Source: Antedon mediterranea (Eukaryota > Animalia > Echinodermata). From it: a stretch of DNA of 64,000 bases. The first letter of the stretch is position 1. The number at the start of each line of letters is the position of its first letter. Where the stretch lies: contig NC_092671.1 in the NCBI RefSeq assembly GCF_964355755.1, forward strand, positions 21,903,317 through 21,967,316. The letters are read 5' to 3'. The position numbers were made by a program, and so were the translations under genes. The notes beneath the pieces were generated by a model. That model saw only the letters and a list, made by a program, of their open reading frames with translations, searched no databases and was not told where the DNA came from. This document shows, in pieces, positions 25,721-39,200 of the stretch.

Positions 25721-28700
25721 AAATCACAAAATGGTCTAAAACGTCTCCAAATGCGATTTGAAGCTATTCTAAGCACTTTGGTGTTTTTATGTTAACAAGT
25801 TTTTTCGAAAATCACAAAATGGTTTAAAACGTCTCCAAATGCGATTTGAAGCTATTCTAAGCACTTTGGTGTTTTTATGTTAACAAGTTTTTTCGAAAAT
25901 CACAAAATGGTCTAAAACGTCTCCAAATGCGATTTGAAGCTATTCTGTACACTTTGATGTTTTTATGTTAACAAGTTTTTTCGAAAATCACAAAATGGTC
26001 TAAAACGTCTCCCAATGCGATTTGAAGCTATTCTAAGCACTTTGGTGTTTTTATGTTAACAAGTTTTTTCGAAAATCACAAAATTGTCTAAAACGTCTCC
26101 AAAAGCGATTTGAAGCTATTCTGTAAACTTTGATGTTTTTATGTTAACAAGTTTTTTCGAAAATCACAAAATTGTCTAAAACGTCTCCAAATGCGATTTG
26201 AAGGTATTCTAAGCACTTTGGTGTTTTGTGTGAAAAAGTTTTGTCGAAATGCTCAAAATGGTCTTTAACGTTTTTAAATAGGATATTAAGCTATATTGTG
26301 CCCTTTGATGTTTTTGTGTGAAAAGTGTTATCGAAATGCTCAAATGGTCTAAAACGGTTTATAAGGTGATTTTAAGCACTTTGATGTTTTTGTGTAACCA
26401 AGTTTCATCGAAATGCACAAAATGGTCTAAAACGTCTCCAAATGCGATTTGAAGCTATTCTAAGAACTTTGGTGTTTTTATGTTAACAAGTTTTTTTGAA
26501 AATTACAAAATGGTCTAAAACGTCTCCAAATGCGATTTGAAGCTATTCTAAGCACTTTGGTGTTTTTATGTTAACAAGTTTTTTCAAAAATCCCAAAATG
26601 GTCTAAAACGTCTCCAAATGCGATTTGAAGCTTTTCTAAACACTTTGGTGTTTTTATGTTAACAAGTTTTTTCGAAAATCACAAAATGGTCTAAAACGTC
26701 TCCAAATGCGATTTGAAGCTATTTTAAGAACTTTGGTGTTTTTATGTTAACAAGTTTTTTCGAAAATCACAAAATGGTCTAAAACGTCTCCAAATGCGAT
26801 TTGAAGCTATTCTAAGCACTTTGGTGTTTTTATGTTAACAAGTTTTTTCGAAAATCACAAAATGGTCTAAAACGTCTCCTAATGCGATTTGAAGCTATTC
26901 TAAGCACTTTGGTGTTTTTATGTTAACAAGTTTTTTCGAAAATCACAAAATGGTCTAAAACGTCTCCAAATGCGATTTGAAGCTATTCTGTACACTTTGA
27001 TGTTTTTATGTTAACAAGTTTTTTCGAAAATCACAAAATGGTCTAAAACGTCTCCAAATGCGATTTGAAGGTATTCTAAGCACTTTGGTGTTTTGTGTGA
27101 AAAAGTTTTGTCGAAAATCACAAAATGGTCTAAAACGTCTCCAAATGCGATTTGAAGCTATTCTAAGCACTTTGGCGTTTTGTGTAAAAAGTGTTATCGA
27201 TATGCTCAAAATGGTCTAAAACGGTTTATAATGTGATTTTAAGCACTTTGATGTTTTTGCGTAACCAAGTTTCATCGAAATGCACAAAATGGTCTAAAAC
27301 GTCTCCAAATGCGATTTGAAGCTATTCTAATCACTTTGGTGTTTTTATGTTAACAAGTTTTTTCGAAAATCACAAAATGGTCTAAAACGTCTCCAAATGC
27401 GATTTGAAGCTATTCTAATCACTTTGGTGTTTTTGTGTTAACAAGTTTTTTCGAAAATCACAAAATGGTCTAAAACGTCTCCAAATGCGATTTGAAGCTA
27501 TTCTAAACATTTTGGTGTTTTTATGTTAACAAGTTTTTTCGAAAATCACAAAATGGTTTAAAACGTCTCCAAATGCGATTTGAAGCTATTCTGTAAACTT
27601 TGATGTTTTTATGTTAAGTTTTTTCGAAAATCACAAAATGGTCTAAAACGTCTCCAAATGCGATTTGAAGGTATTCTAAGCACTTTGGTGTTTTGTGTGA
27701 AAAAGTTTTGTCGAAATGCTCAAAATGGTCTAAAACGTTTTTAAATAGGATATTAAGCTATATTGTGCCCTTTGATGTTTTTGTGTGAAAAGTGTTATGG
27801 AAATGCTCAAATGGTCTAAAACGGTTTATAATGTGATTTTAAGCACTTTGATGTTTTTGTGTAACCAAGTTTCATCGAAATGCACAAAATTGTCTAAAAC
27901 GTCTCCAAATGCGATTTGAAGCTATTCTGTAAACTTTGGTGTTTTTATGTTAACAAGTTTTTTCGAAAATCACAAAATGGTCTACAACGTCTCCAAATGC
28001 GATTTGAAGCTATTCTAAGTACTTTGGTGTTTTTATATTAACAAGTTTTTTCGAAAATCACAAAATGGTCTAAAACGTCTCCAAATGCGATTTGAAGCTA
28101 TTCTGTACACTTTGGTGTTTTGTGTGAAAAAGTTTTGTCGAAATGCTCAAAATGGTTTAAAACGTTTTTAAATACGATATTAAGCTATTTTGTGCTCTTT
28201 GATGTTTTTGTGTGAAATGTGTTATCGAAATGCTCAAAATGGTCTAAAACGGTTTATAATGTGATTTTATCCACTTTGATGTTTTTGTGTAACCAAGTTT
28301 TTTCGAAAATCACAAATTGGTCTAAAATGTCTCCAAATGCGATTTGAAGCTATTCTAAGCACTTTTGTGTTTTTATGTTAACAAGTTGTTTTCGAAAATC
28401 ACAAAATAGTCTAAAACGTCTCCAAATGCGATTGGAAGCTATTCTTAGCACTTTGATGTTTTTATGTTAACAAGTTTTTTCGAAAATCACAAAATGATCT
28501 AAAATGTCTCCAAATGCGATTTGAAGGTATTCTAAGCACTTTGGTGTTTTTATGTTAACAAGTTTTTTCGAAAATCACAAAATGGTCTAAATTGTCTCCA
28601 TATGCGATTTGAAGCTATTCTTAGCAGTTTGGTGTTTTTATGTTAAAAAGTGTTTTTCGAAAATCACAAAATGGTCTAAAACGTCTCCAAATGCGATTTG

Positions 28701-28896
28701 AAGCTATTCTAAGCACTTTGATGTTTTTGTGTGAAAAGTGTTATCGAAATGCTCAAAATGGTCTAAAACGGTTTATAATGTGATTTTAACCACTTTGATG
28801 TTTTTGTGTAACCAAGTTTTTTCGAAAATCACTAATTGGTCTAAAATGTCTCCAAATTCGATTTGAAGCTATTCTTAGCACTTTGATGTTTTTATG

Positions 28897-31800
28897 TTAA
28901 CAAGTTTTTTCGAAAATCACAAAATGGTCTAAAACGTCTCCAAATGCGATTTGAAGCTATTCTAAGCACTTTGGTGTTTTGTGTGAAAAAGTTTTGTCGA
29001 AATGCTCAAAATGGTCTAAAACGTTTTTAAATACGATATTAAGCTATATTGTGGTCTTTGATGTTTTTGTGTGAAAAGTGTTATCGATATGCTCAAAATG
29101 GTCTAAAACGGTTTATAATGTCATTTTATCCACTTTGATGTTTTTGTGTAACAAAGTTTTTTCGAAAATCACAAATTGGTCTAAAACGTCTCCAAATGCG
29201 ATTTGAAGCTATTCTAAGCACTTTGGTGTTTTTATGTTAACAAGTTGTTTTCGAAAATCACAAAATGGTCTAAAACGTCTCCAAATGCGATTGGAAGCTA
29301 TTCTTAGCACTTTGATGTTTTTATGTTAACAAGTTTTTTCGAAAATCACAAAATGGTCTAAAATGTCTCCAAATGTGATTTGAAGGTATTCTAAGCACGT
29401 TGGTGTTTTTATGTTAACAAGTTTTTTCGAAAATCACAAAATGGTCTAAATTGTCTCCATATGCGATTTGAAGCTATTCTTAGCAGTTTGGTGTTTATAT
29501 GTTAAAAAGTTTTTTTCAAAAATCACAAAATGGTCTAAAACGTCTCCAAATGCGATTTGAAGCTATTCTAAGCACTTTGATGTTTTTGTGTAAAAAGTGT
29601 TATCGAAATGCTCAAAATGGTCTAAAACGGTTTATAATGTGATTTTAACCACTTTGATGTTTTTGTGTAACCAAGTTTTTTCGAAAATCACTAATTGGTC
29701 TAAAATGTCTCCAAATGCGATTTGAAGCTATTCTTAGCCCTTTGATGTTTTTATGTTAACAAGTTTTTTCGAAAATCACAAAATGGTCTAAAACGTCTCC
29801 AAATGCGATTTGAAGCTATTCTAAGCACTTTGGTGTTTTGTGTGAAAAAGTTTTGTCGAAATGCTCAAAATGGTCTAAAACGTTTTTAAATACGATATTA
29901 AGCTATATTGTGCTCTTTGATGTTTTTGTGTGAAAAGTGTTATCGATATGCTCAAAATGGTCTAAAACGGTTTATAATGTGATTTTAAGCACTTTGATGT
30001 TTTTGCGTAACCAAGTTTCATCGAAATGCACAAAATGGTCTAAAACGTCTCCAAATGCGATTTGAAGCTATTCTAATCACTTTGGTGTTTTTGTGTTAAC
30101 AAGTTTTTTCGAAAATCACAAAATGGTCTAAAACGTCTCCAAATGCGATTTGAAGCTATTCTAAACATTTTGGTGTTTTTATGTTAACAAGTTTTTTCGA
30201 AAATCACAAAATGGTCTAAAACGTCTCCAAATGCGATTTGAAGCTATTCTAAGCACTTTGGTGTTTTTATGTTAACAAGTTTTTTCGAAAATCACAAAAT
30301 GGTCTAAAACGTCTCCTAATGCGATTTGAAGCTATTCTAAGCACTTTGGTGTTTTTATGTTAACAAGTTTTTTCGAAAATCACAAAATGGTCTAAAACGT
30401 CTCCAAATGCGATTTGAAGCTATTCTGTACACTTTGATGTTTTTATGTTAACAAGTTTTTTGGAAAATCACAAAATGGTCTAAAACGTCTCCAAATGCGA
30501 TTTGAAGGTATTCTAAGCACTTTGGTGTTTTGTGTGAAAAAGTTTTGTCGAAAATCACAAAATGGTCTAAAACGTCTCCAAATGCGATTTGAAGCTATTC
30601 TAAGCACTTTGGTGTTTTGTGTAAAAAGTGTTATCGATATGCTCAAAATGGTCTAAAACGGTTTATAATGTGATTTTAAGCACTTTGATGTTTTTGCGTA
30701 ACCAAGTTTCATCGAAATGCACAAAATGGTCTAAAACGTCTCCAAATGCGATTTGAAGCTATTCTAATCACTTTGGTGTTTTTATGTTAACAAGTTTTTT
30801 CGAAAATCACAAAATGGTCTAAAACGTCTCCAAATGCGATTTGAAGCTATTCTAATCACTTTGGTGTTTTTGTGTTAACAAGTTTTTTCGAAAATCACAA
30901 AATGGTCTAAAACGTCTCCAAATGCGATTTGAAGCTATTCTAAGCACTTTGGTGTTTTGTGTGAAAAAGTTTTGTCGAAATGCTCAAAATGGTCTAAAAC
31001 GTTTTTAAATACGATATTAAGCTATATTGTGGTCTTTGATGTTTTTGTGTGAAAAGTGTTATCGATATGCTCAAAATGGTCTAAAACGGTTTATAATGTC
31101 ATTTTATCCACTTTGATGTTTTTGTGTAACAAAGTTTTTTCGAAAATCACAAATTGGTCTAAAACGTCTCCAAATGCGATTTGAAGCTATTCTAAGCACT
31201 TTGGTGTTTTTATGTTAACAAGTTGTTTTCGAAAATCACAAAATGGTCTAAAACGTCTCCAAATGCGATTGGAAGCTATTCTTAGCACTTTGATGTTTTT
31301 ATGTTAACAAGTTTTTTCGAAAATCACAAAATGGTCTAAAATGTCTCCAAATGTGATTTGAAGGTATTCTAAGCACGTTGGTGTTTTTATGTTAACAAGT
31401 TTTTTCGAAAATCACAAAATGGTCTAAATTGTCTCCATATGCGATTTGAAGCTATTCTTAGCAGTTTGGTGTTTATATGTTAAAAAGTTTTTTTCAAAAA
31501 TCACAAAATGGTCTAAAACGTCTCCAAATGCGATTTGAAGCTATTCTAAGCACTTTGATGTTTTTGTGTAAAAAGTGTTATCGAAATGCTCAAAATGGTC
31601 TAAAACGGTTTATAATGTGATTTTAACCACTTTGATGTTTTTGTGTAACCAAGTTTTTTCGAAAATCACTAATTGGTCTAAAATGTCTCCAAATGCGATT
31701 TGAAGCTATTCTTAGCCCTTTGATGTTTTTATGTTAACAAGTTTTTTCGAAAATCACAAAATGGTCTAAAACGTCTCCAAATGCGATTTGAAGCTATTCT

Positions 31801-32921
31801 AAGCACTTTGGTGTTTTGTGTGAAAAAGTTTTGTCGAAATGCTCAAAATGGTCTAAAACGTTTTTAAATACGATATTAAGCTATATTGTGCTCTTTGATG
31901 TTTTTGTGTGAAAAGTGTTATCGATATGCTCAAAATGGTCTAAAACGGTTTATAATGTGATTTTAAGCACTTTGATGTTTTTGCGTAACCAAGTTTCATC
32001 GAAATGCACAAAATGGTCTAAAACGTCTCCAAATGCGATTTGAAGCTATTCTAATCACTTTGGTGTTTTTGTGTTAACAAGTTTTTTCGAAAATCACAAA
32101 ATGGTCTAAAACGTCTCCAAATGCGATTTGAAGCTATTCTAAACATTTTGGTGTTTTTATGTTAACAAGTTTTTTCGAAAATCACAAAATGGTCTAAAAC
32201 GTCTCCAAATGCGATTTGAAGCTATTCTAAGCACTTTGGTGTTTTTATGTTAACAAGTTTTTTCGAAAATCACAAAATGGTCTAAAACGTCTCCTAATGC
32301 GATTTGAAGCTATTCTAAGCACTTTGGTGTTTTTATGTTAACAAGTTTTTTCGAAAATCACAAAATGGTCTAAAACGTCTCCAAATGCGATTTGAAGCTA
32401 TTCTGTACACTTTGATGTTTTTATGTTAACAAGTTTTTTGGAAAATCACAAAATGGTCTAAAACGTCTCCAAATGCGATTTGAAGGTATTCTAAGCACTT
32501 TGGTGTTTTGTGTGAAAAAGTTTTGTCGAAAATCACAAAATGGTCTAAAACGTCTCCAAATGCGATTTGAAGCTATTCTAAGCACTTTGGTGTTTTGTGT
32601 AAAAAGTGTTATCGATATGCTCAAAATGGTCTAAAACGGTTTATAATGTGATTTTAAGCACTTTGATGTTTTTGCGTAACCAAGTTTCATCGAAATGCAC
32701 AAAATGGTCTAAAACGTCTCCAAATGCGATTTGAAGCTATTCTAATCACTTTGGTGTTTTTATGTTAACAAGTTTTTTCGAAAATCACAAAATGGTCTAA
32801 AACGTCTCCAAATGCGATTTGAAGCTATTCTAATCACTTTGGTGTTTTTGTGTTAACAAGTTTTTTCGAAAATCACAAAATGGTCTAAAACGTCTCCAAA
32901 TGCGATTTGAAGCTATTCTAA
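28897..32921 (+). repeat. 1978-bp tandem duplication
   Basis: Private variants TGTCATTTTATCC (29121/31099), TAACAAAG and AGCACGTTGG each occur twice. ORF pair 30443/32421. Confidence 0.9.
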
Positions 32922-35006
32922 ACATTTTGGTGTTTTTATGTTAACAAGTTTTTTCGAAAATCACAAAATGGTTTAAAACGTCTCCAAATGCGATTTGAAG
33001 CTATTCTAAGCACTTTGGTGTTTTTATGTTAACAAGTTTTTTCGAAAATCACAAAATGGTCTAAAACGTCTCCAAATGCGATTTGAAGCTATTCTGTACA
33101 CTTTGATGTTTTTATGTTAACAAGTTTTTTCGAAAATCACAAAATGGTCTAAAACGTCTCCCAATGCGATTTGAAGCTATTCTAAGCACTTTGGTGTTTT
33201 TATGTTAACTAGTTTTTTCGAAAATCACAAAATTGTCTAAAACGTCTCCAAATGCGATTTGAAGCTATTCTGTAAACTTTGATGTTTTTATGTTAACAAG
33301 TTTTTTCGAAAATCACAAAATTGTCTAAAACGTCTCCAAATGCGATTTGAAGGTATTCTAAGCACTTTGGTGTTTTGTGTGAAAAAGTTTTGTCGAAATG
33401 CTCAAAATGGTTTAAAACGTTTTTAAATACGATATTAAGCTATTTTGTGCTCTTTGATGTTTTTGTGTGAAATGTGTTATCGAAATGCTCAAAATGGTCT
33501 AAAACGGTTTATAATGTGCTTTTAACCACTTTGATGTTTTTGTGTAACCAAGTTTTTTCGAAAATCACAAATTGGTCTAAAACGTCTCCAAATGCGATTT
33601 GAAGCTATTCTAAGCACTTTGGTGTTTTTATGTTAACAAGTTTTTTCGAAAATCACAAAATGGTCTTAAACGTCTCCAAATGCGATTTGAAGGTATTCTA
33701 AGCACTTTGGTGTTTTTATGTTAACAAGTTTTTTCGAAAATCACAAAATGGTCTAAATTGTCTCCATATGCGATTTGAAGCTATTCTTAGCACTTTGGTG
33801 TTTTTATGTTAACAAGTTTTTTCGAAAATCACAAAATGGTCTAAATTGTCTCCATATGCGATTTGAAGCTATTCTTAGCAGTTTGGTGTTTTTATGTTAA
33901 AAAGTTTTTTTCGAAAATCACAAAATGGTCTAAAACGTCTCCAAATGCGATTTGAAGCTATTCTAAGCACTTTGATGTTTTTGTGTGAAAAGTGTTATCG
34001 AAATGCTCAAAATGGTCTAAAACGGTTTATAATGTGATTTTAACCACTTTGATGTTTTTGTGTAACCAAGTTTTTTCGAAAATCACTAATTGGTCTAAAA
34101 TGTCTCCAAATGCGATTTGAAGCTATTCTTAGCACTTTGATGTTTTTATGTTAACAAGTTTTTTCGAAAATCACAAAATGGTCTAAAACGTCTCCAAATG
34201 CGATTTGAAGCTATTCTAAGCACTTTGGTGTTTTGTGTGAAAAAGTTTTGTCGAAATGCTCAAAATGGTCTAAAACGTTTTTAAATAAGATATTAAGCTA
34301 TATTGTGCTCTTTGATGTTTTTGTGTGAAAAGTGTTATCGACGATATGCTCAAAATGGTCTAAAACGGTTTATAATGTGATTTTAAGCACTTTGATGTTT
34401 TTGCGTAACCAAGTTTCATCGAAATGCACAAATTGGTCTAAAACGTCTCCAAATGCGATTTGAAGCTATTCTAATCACTTTGGTGTTTTTGTGTTAACAA
34501 GTTTTTTCGAAAATCACAAAATGGTCTAAAACGTCTCCAAATGTGATTTGAAGCTATTCTAAACATTTTGGTGTTTTTATGTTAACAAGTTTTTTTCGAA
34601 AATCACAAAATGGTCTAAAACGTCTCCCAATGCGATTTGAAGCTATTCTAAGCACTTTGGTGTTTTCATGTTAACAAGTTTTTTCGAAAATCACAAAATT
34701 GTCTAAAACGTCTCCAAATGCGATTTGAAGCTATTCTGTAAACTTTGATGTTTTTATGTTAAGTTTTTTCGAAAATCACAAAATGGTCTAAAACGTCTCC
34801 AAATGCGATTTGAAGGTATTCTAAGCACTTTGGTGTTTTGTGTGAAAAAGTTTTGTCGAAATGCTCAAAATGGTCTAAAACGTTTTTAAATAGGATATTA
34901 AGCAATATTGTGCCCTTTGATGTTTTTGTGTGAAAAGTGTTATGGAAATGCTCAAATGGTCTAAAACGGTTTATAATGTGATTTTAAGCACTTTGATGTT
35001 TTTGTG

Positions 35007-38000
35007 TAACCAAGTTTCATCGAAATGCACAAAATTGTCTAAAACGTCTCCAAATGCGATTTGAAGCTATTCTGTAAACTTTGGTGTTTTTATGTTAACA
35101 AGTTTTTTCGAAAATCACAAAATGGTCTACAACGTCTCCAAATGCGATTTGAAGCTATTCTAAGTACTTTGGTGTTTTTATATTAACAAGTTTTTTCGAA
35201 AATCACAAAATGGTCTAAAACGTCTCCAAATGCGATTTGAAGCTATTCTGTACACTTTGGTGTTTTGTGTGAAAAAGTTTTGTCGAAATGCTCAAAATGG
35301 TTTAAAACGTTTTTAAATACGATATTAAGCTATTTTGTGCTCTTTGATGTTTTTGTGTGAAATGTGTTATCGAAATGCTCAAAATGGTCTAAAACGGTTT
35401 ATAATGTGATTTTATCCACTTTGATGTTTTTGTGTAACCAAGTTTTTTCGAAAATCACAAATTGGTCTAAAACGTCTCCAAATGCGATTTGAAGCTATTC
35501 TAAGCACTTTGGTGTTTTTATGTTAACAAGTTTTTTCGAAAATCACAAAATGGTCTAAAACGTCTCCAAATGCGATTGGAAGCTATTCTTAGCACTTTGA
35601 TGTTTTTATGTTAACAAGTTTTTTCGAAAATCACAAAATGGTCTAAAATGTCTCCAAATGCGATTTGAAGGTATTCTAAGCACTTTGGTGTTTTTATGTT
35701 AACAAGTTTTTTCGAAAATCACAAAATGGTCTAAATTGTCTCCATATGCGATTTGAAGCTATTCTTAGCAGTTTGGTGTTTTTATGTTAAAAAGTTTTTT
35801 TCGAAAATCACAAAATGGTCTAAAACGTCTCCAAATGCGATTTGAAGCTATTCTAAGCACTTTGATGTTTTTGTGTGAAAAGTGTTATCGAAATGCTCAA
35901 AATGGTCTAAAACGGTTTATAATGTGATTTTAACCACTTTGATGTTTTTGTGTAACCAAGTTTTTTCGAAAATCACTAATTGGTCTAAAATGTCTCCAAA
36001 TTCGATTTGAAGGTATTCTTAGCACTTTGATGTTTTTATGTTAACAAGTTTTTTCGAAAATCACAAAATGGTCTAAAACGTCTCCAAATGCGATTTGAAG
36101 CTATTCTAAGCACTTTGGTGTTTTGTGTGAAAAAGTTTTGTCGAAATGCTCAAAATGGTCTAAAACGTTTTTAAATACGATATTAAGCTATATTGTGGTC
36201 TTTGATGTTTTTGTGTGAAAAGTGTTATCGATATGCTCAAAATGGTCTAAAACGGTTTATAATGTGATTTTATCCACTTTGATGTTTTTGTGTAACCAAG
36301 TTTTTTCGAAAATCACAAATTGGTCTAAAACGTCTCCAAATGCGATTTGAAGCTATTCTAAGCACTTTGGTGTTTTTATGTTAACAAGTTGTTTTCGAAA
36401 ATCACAAAATGGTCTAAAACGTCTCCAAATGCGATTGGAAGCTATTCTTAGCACTTTGATGTTTTTATGTTAACAAGTTTTTTCGAAAATCACAAAATGG
36501 TCTAAAATGTCTCCAAATGCGATTTGAAGGTATTCTAAGCACTTTGGTGTTTTTATGTTAACAAGTTTTTTCGAAAATCACAAAATGGTCTAAATTGTCT
36601 CCATATGCGATGTGTGAAAAAGTTTTGTCGAAATGCTCAAAATGGTCTAAAACGTTTTTAAATAAGATATTAAGCTATATTGTGCTCTTTGATGTTTTTG
36701 TGTGAAAAGTGTTATCGATATGCTCAAAATGGTCTAAAACGGTTTATAATGTGATTTTAAGCACTTTGATGTTTTTGCGTAACCAAGTTTCATCGAAATG
36801 CACAAATTGGTCTAAAACGTCTCCAAATGCGATTTGAAGCTATTCTAATCACTTTGGTGTTTTTGTGTTAACAAGTTTTTTCGAAAATCACAAAATGGTC
36901 TAAAACGTCTCCAAATGTGATTTGAAGCTATTCTAAACATTTTGGTGTTTTTATGTTAACAAGTTTTTTCGAAAATCACAAAATGGTCTAAAACGTCTCC
37001 AAATGCGATTTGAAGCTATTCTAAGCACTTTGGTGTTTTTATGTTAACAAGTTTTTTCGAAAATCACAAAATGGTCTAAAACGTCTCCTAATGCGATTTG
37101 AAGCTATTCTAAGCACTTTGGTGTTTTTATGTTAACAAGTTTCATCGAAATGCACAAATTGGTCTAAAACGTCTCCAAATGCGATTTGAAGCTATTCTAA
37201 TCACTTTGGTGTTTTTGTGTTAACAAGTTTTTTCGAAAATCACAAAATGGTCTAAAACGTCTCCAAATGTGATTTGAAGCTATTCTAAACATTTTGGTGT
37301 TTTTATGTTAACAAGTTTTTTCGAAAATCACAAAATGGTCTAAAACGTCTCCAAATGCGATTTGAAGCTATTCTAAGCACTTTGGTGTTTTTATGTTAAC
37401 AAGTTTTTTCGAAAATCACAAAATGGTCTAAAACGTCTCCTAATGCGATTTGAAGCTATTCTAAGCACTTTGGTGTTTTTATGTTAACAAGTTTTTTCGA
37501 AAATCACAAAATGGTCTAAAACGTCTCCAAATGCGATTTGAAGCTATTCTGTACACTTTGATGTTTTTATGTTAACAAGTTTTTTGGAAAATCACAAAAT
37601 GGTCTAAAACGTCTCCAAATGCGATTTGAAGGTATTCTAAGCACTTTGGTGTTTTTATGTTAACAAGTTTTTTCGAAAATCACAAAATGGTCTAAAACGT
37701 CTCCAAATGCGATTTGAAGCTATTCTAAACATTTTGGTGTTTTTATGTTAACAAGTTTTTTCGAAAATAACAAAATGGTCTAAAACGTCTCCTAATGCGA
37801 TTTGAAGCTATTCTAAGCACTTTGGTGTTTTTATGTTAACAAGTTTTTTCGAAAATCACAAAATGGTCTAAAACGTCTCCAAATGCGATTTGAAGCTAAT
37901 CTGTACACTTTGATGTTTTTATGTTAACAAGTTTTTTCGAAAATCACAAAATGGTCTAAAACGTCTCCAAATGCGATTTGAAGGTATTCTAAGCACTTTG

Positions 38001-39200
38001 GTGTTTTGTGTGAAAAAGTTTTGTCGAAAATCACAAAATGGTCTAAAACGTCTCCAAATGCGATTTGAAGCTATTCTAAGCACTTTGGTGTTTTGTGTAA
38101 AAAGTTTTATCGATATGCTCAAAATGGTCTAAAACTGTTTATAATGTGATTATTACTTTGATGTTTTTGCGTAACCAAAGTTTCATCGAAATGCACAAAA
38201 TGGTCTAAAACGTCTCCAAATGCGATTTGAAGCTATTCTAATCACTTTGGTGTTTTTATGTTAACAAGTTTTTTCGAAAATCACAAAATGGTCTAAAACG
38301 TCTCCAAATGCGATTTGAAGCTATTCTAATCACTTTGGTGTTTTTGTGTTAACAAGTTTTTTCGAAAATCACAAAATGGTCTAAAACGTCTCCAAATGCG
38401 ATTTGAAGCTATTCTAAACATTTTGGTGTTTTTATGTTAACAAGTTTTTTCGAAAATTATAAAATGGTCTAAAACGTCTTCAAATGCGATTTGAAGCTAT
38501 TCTAAGCACTTTGGTGTTTTTATGTTAACAAGTTTTTTCGAAAATCCCAAAATGGTCTAAAACGTCTCCAAATGCGATTTGAAGCTTTTCTAAACACTTT
38601 GGTGTTTTGTGTGAAAAAGTTTTGTCGAAATGCTCAAAATGGTTTAAAACGTTTTTAAATACGATATTAAGCTATTTTGTGCTCTTTGATGTTTTTGTGT
38701 GAAATGTGTTATCGAAATGCTCAAAATGGTCTAAAACAGTTTATAATGTGCTTTTATCCACTTTGATGTTTTTGTGTAACCAAGTTTTTTCGAAAATCAC
38801 AAATTGGTCTAAAACGTCTCCAAATGCGATTTGAAGCTATTCTAAGCACTTTGGTGTTTTTATGTTAACAAGTTTTTTCGAAAATCACAAAATGGTCTTA
38901 AACGTCTCCAAATGCGATTTGAAGGTATTCTAAGCACTTTGGTGTTTTTATGTTAACAAGTTTTTTCGAAAATCACAAAATGGTCTAAATTGTCTCCATA
39001 TGCGATTTGAAGCTATTCTTAGCACTTTGGTGTTTTTATGTTAACAAGTTTTTTCGAAAATCACAAAATGGTCTAAATTGTCTCCATATGCGATTTGAAG
39101 CTATTCTTAGAAGTTTGGTGTTTTTATGTTAAAAAGTTTTTTTCGAAAATCACAAAATGGTCTAAAACGTCTCCAAATGCGATTTGAAGCTATTCTAAGC
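35007..39200 (+). repeat. Dispersed duplicate of about 1-4200
   Basis: The offset is 35006 at the start and 34985 at ORFs 2934/37919. The change is fully accounted for by -1, -372 and +352 bp events. Confidence 0.8.
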
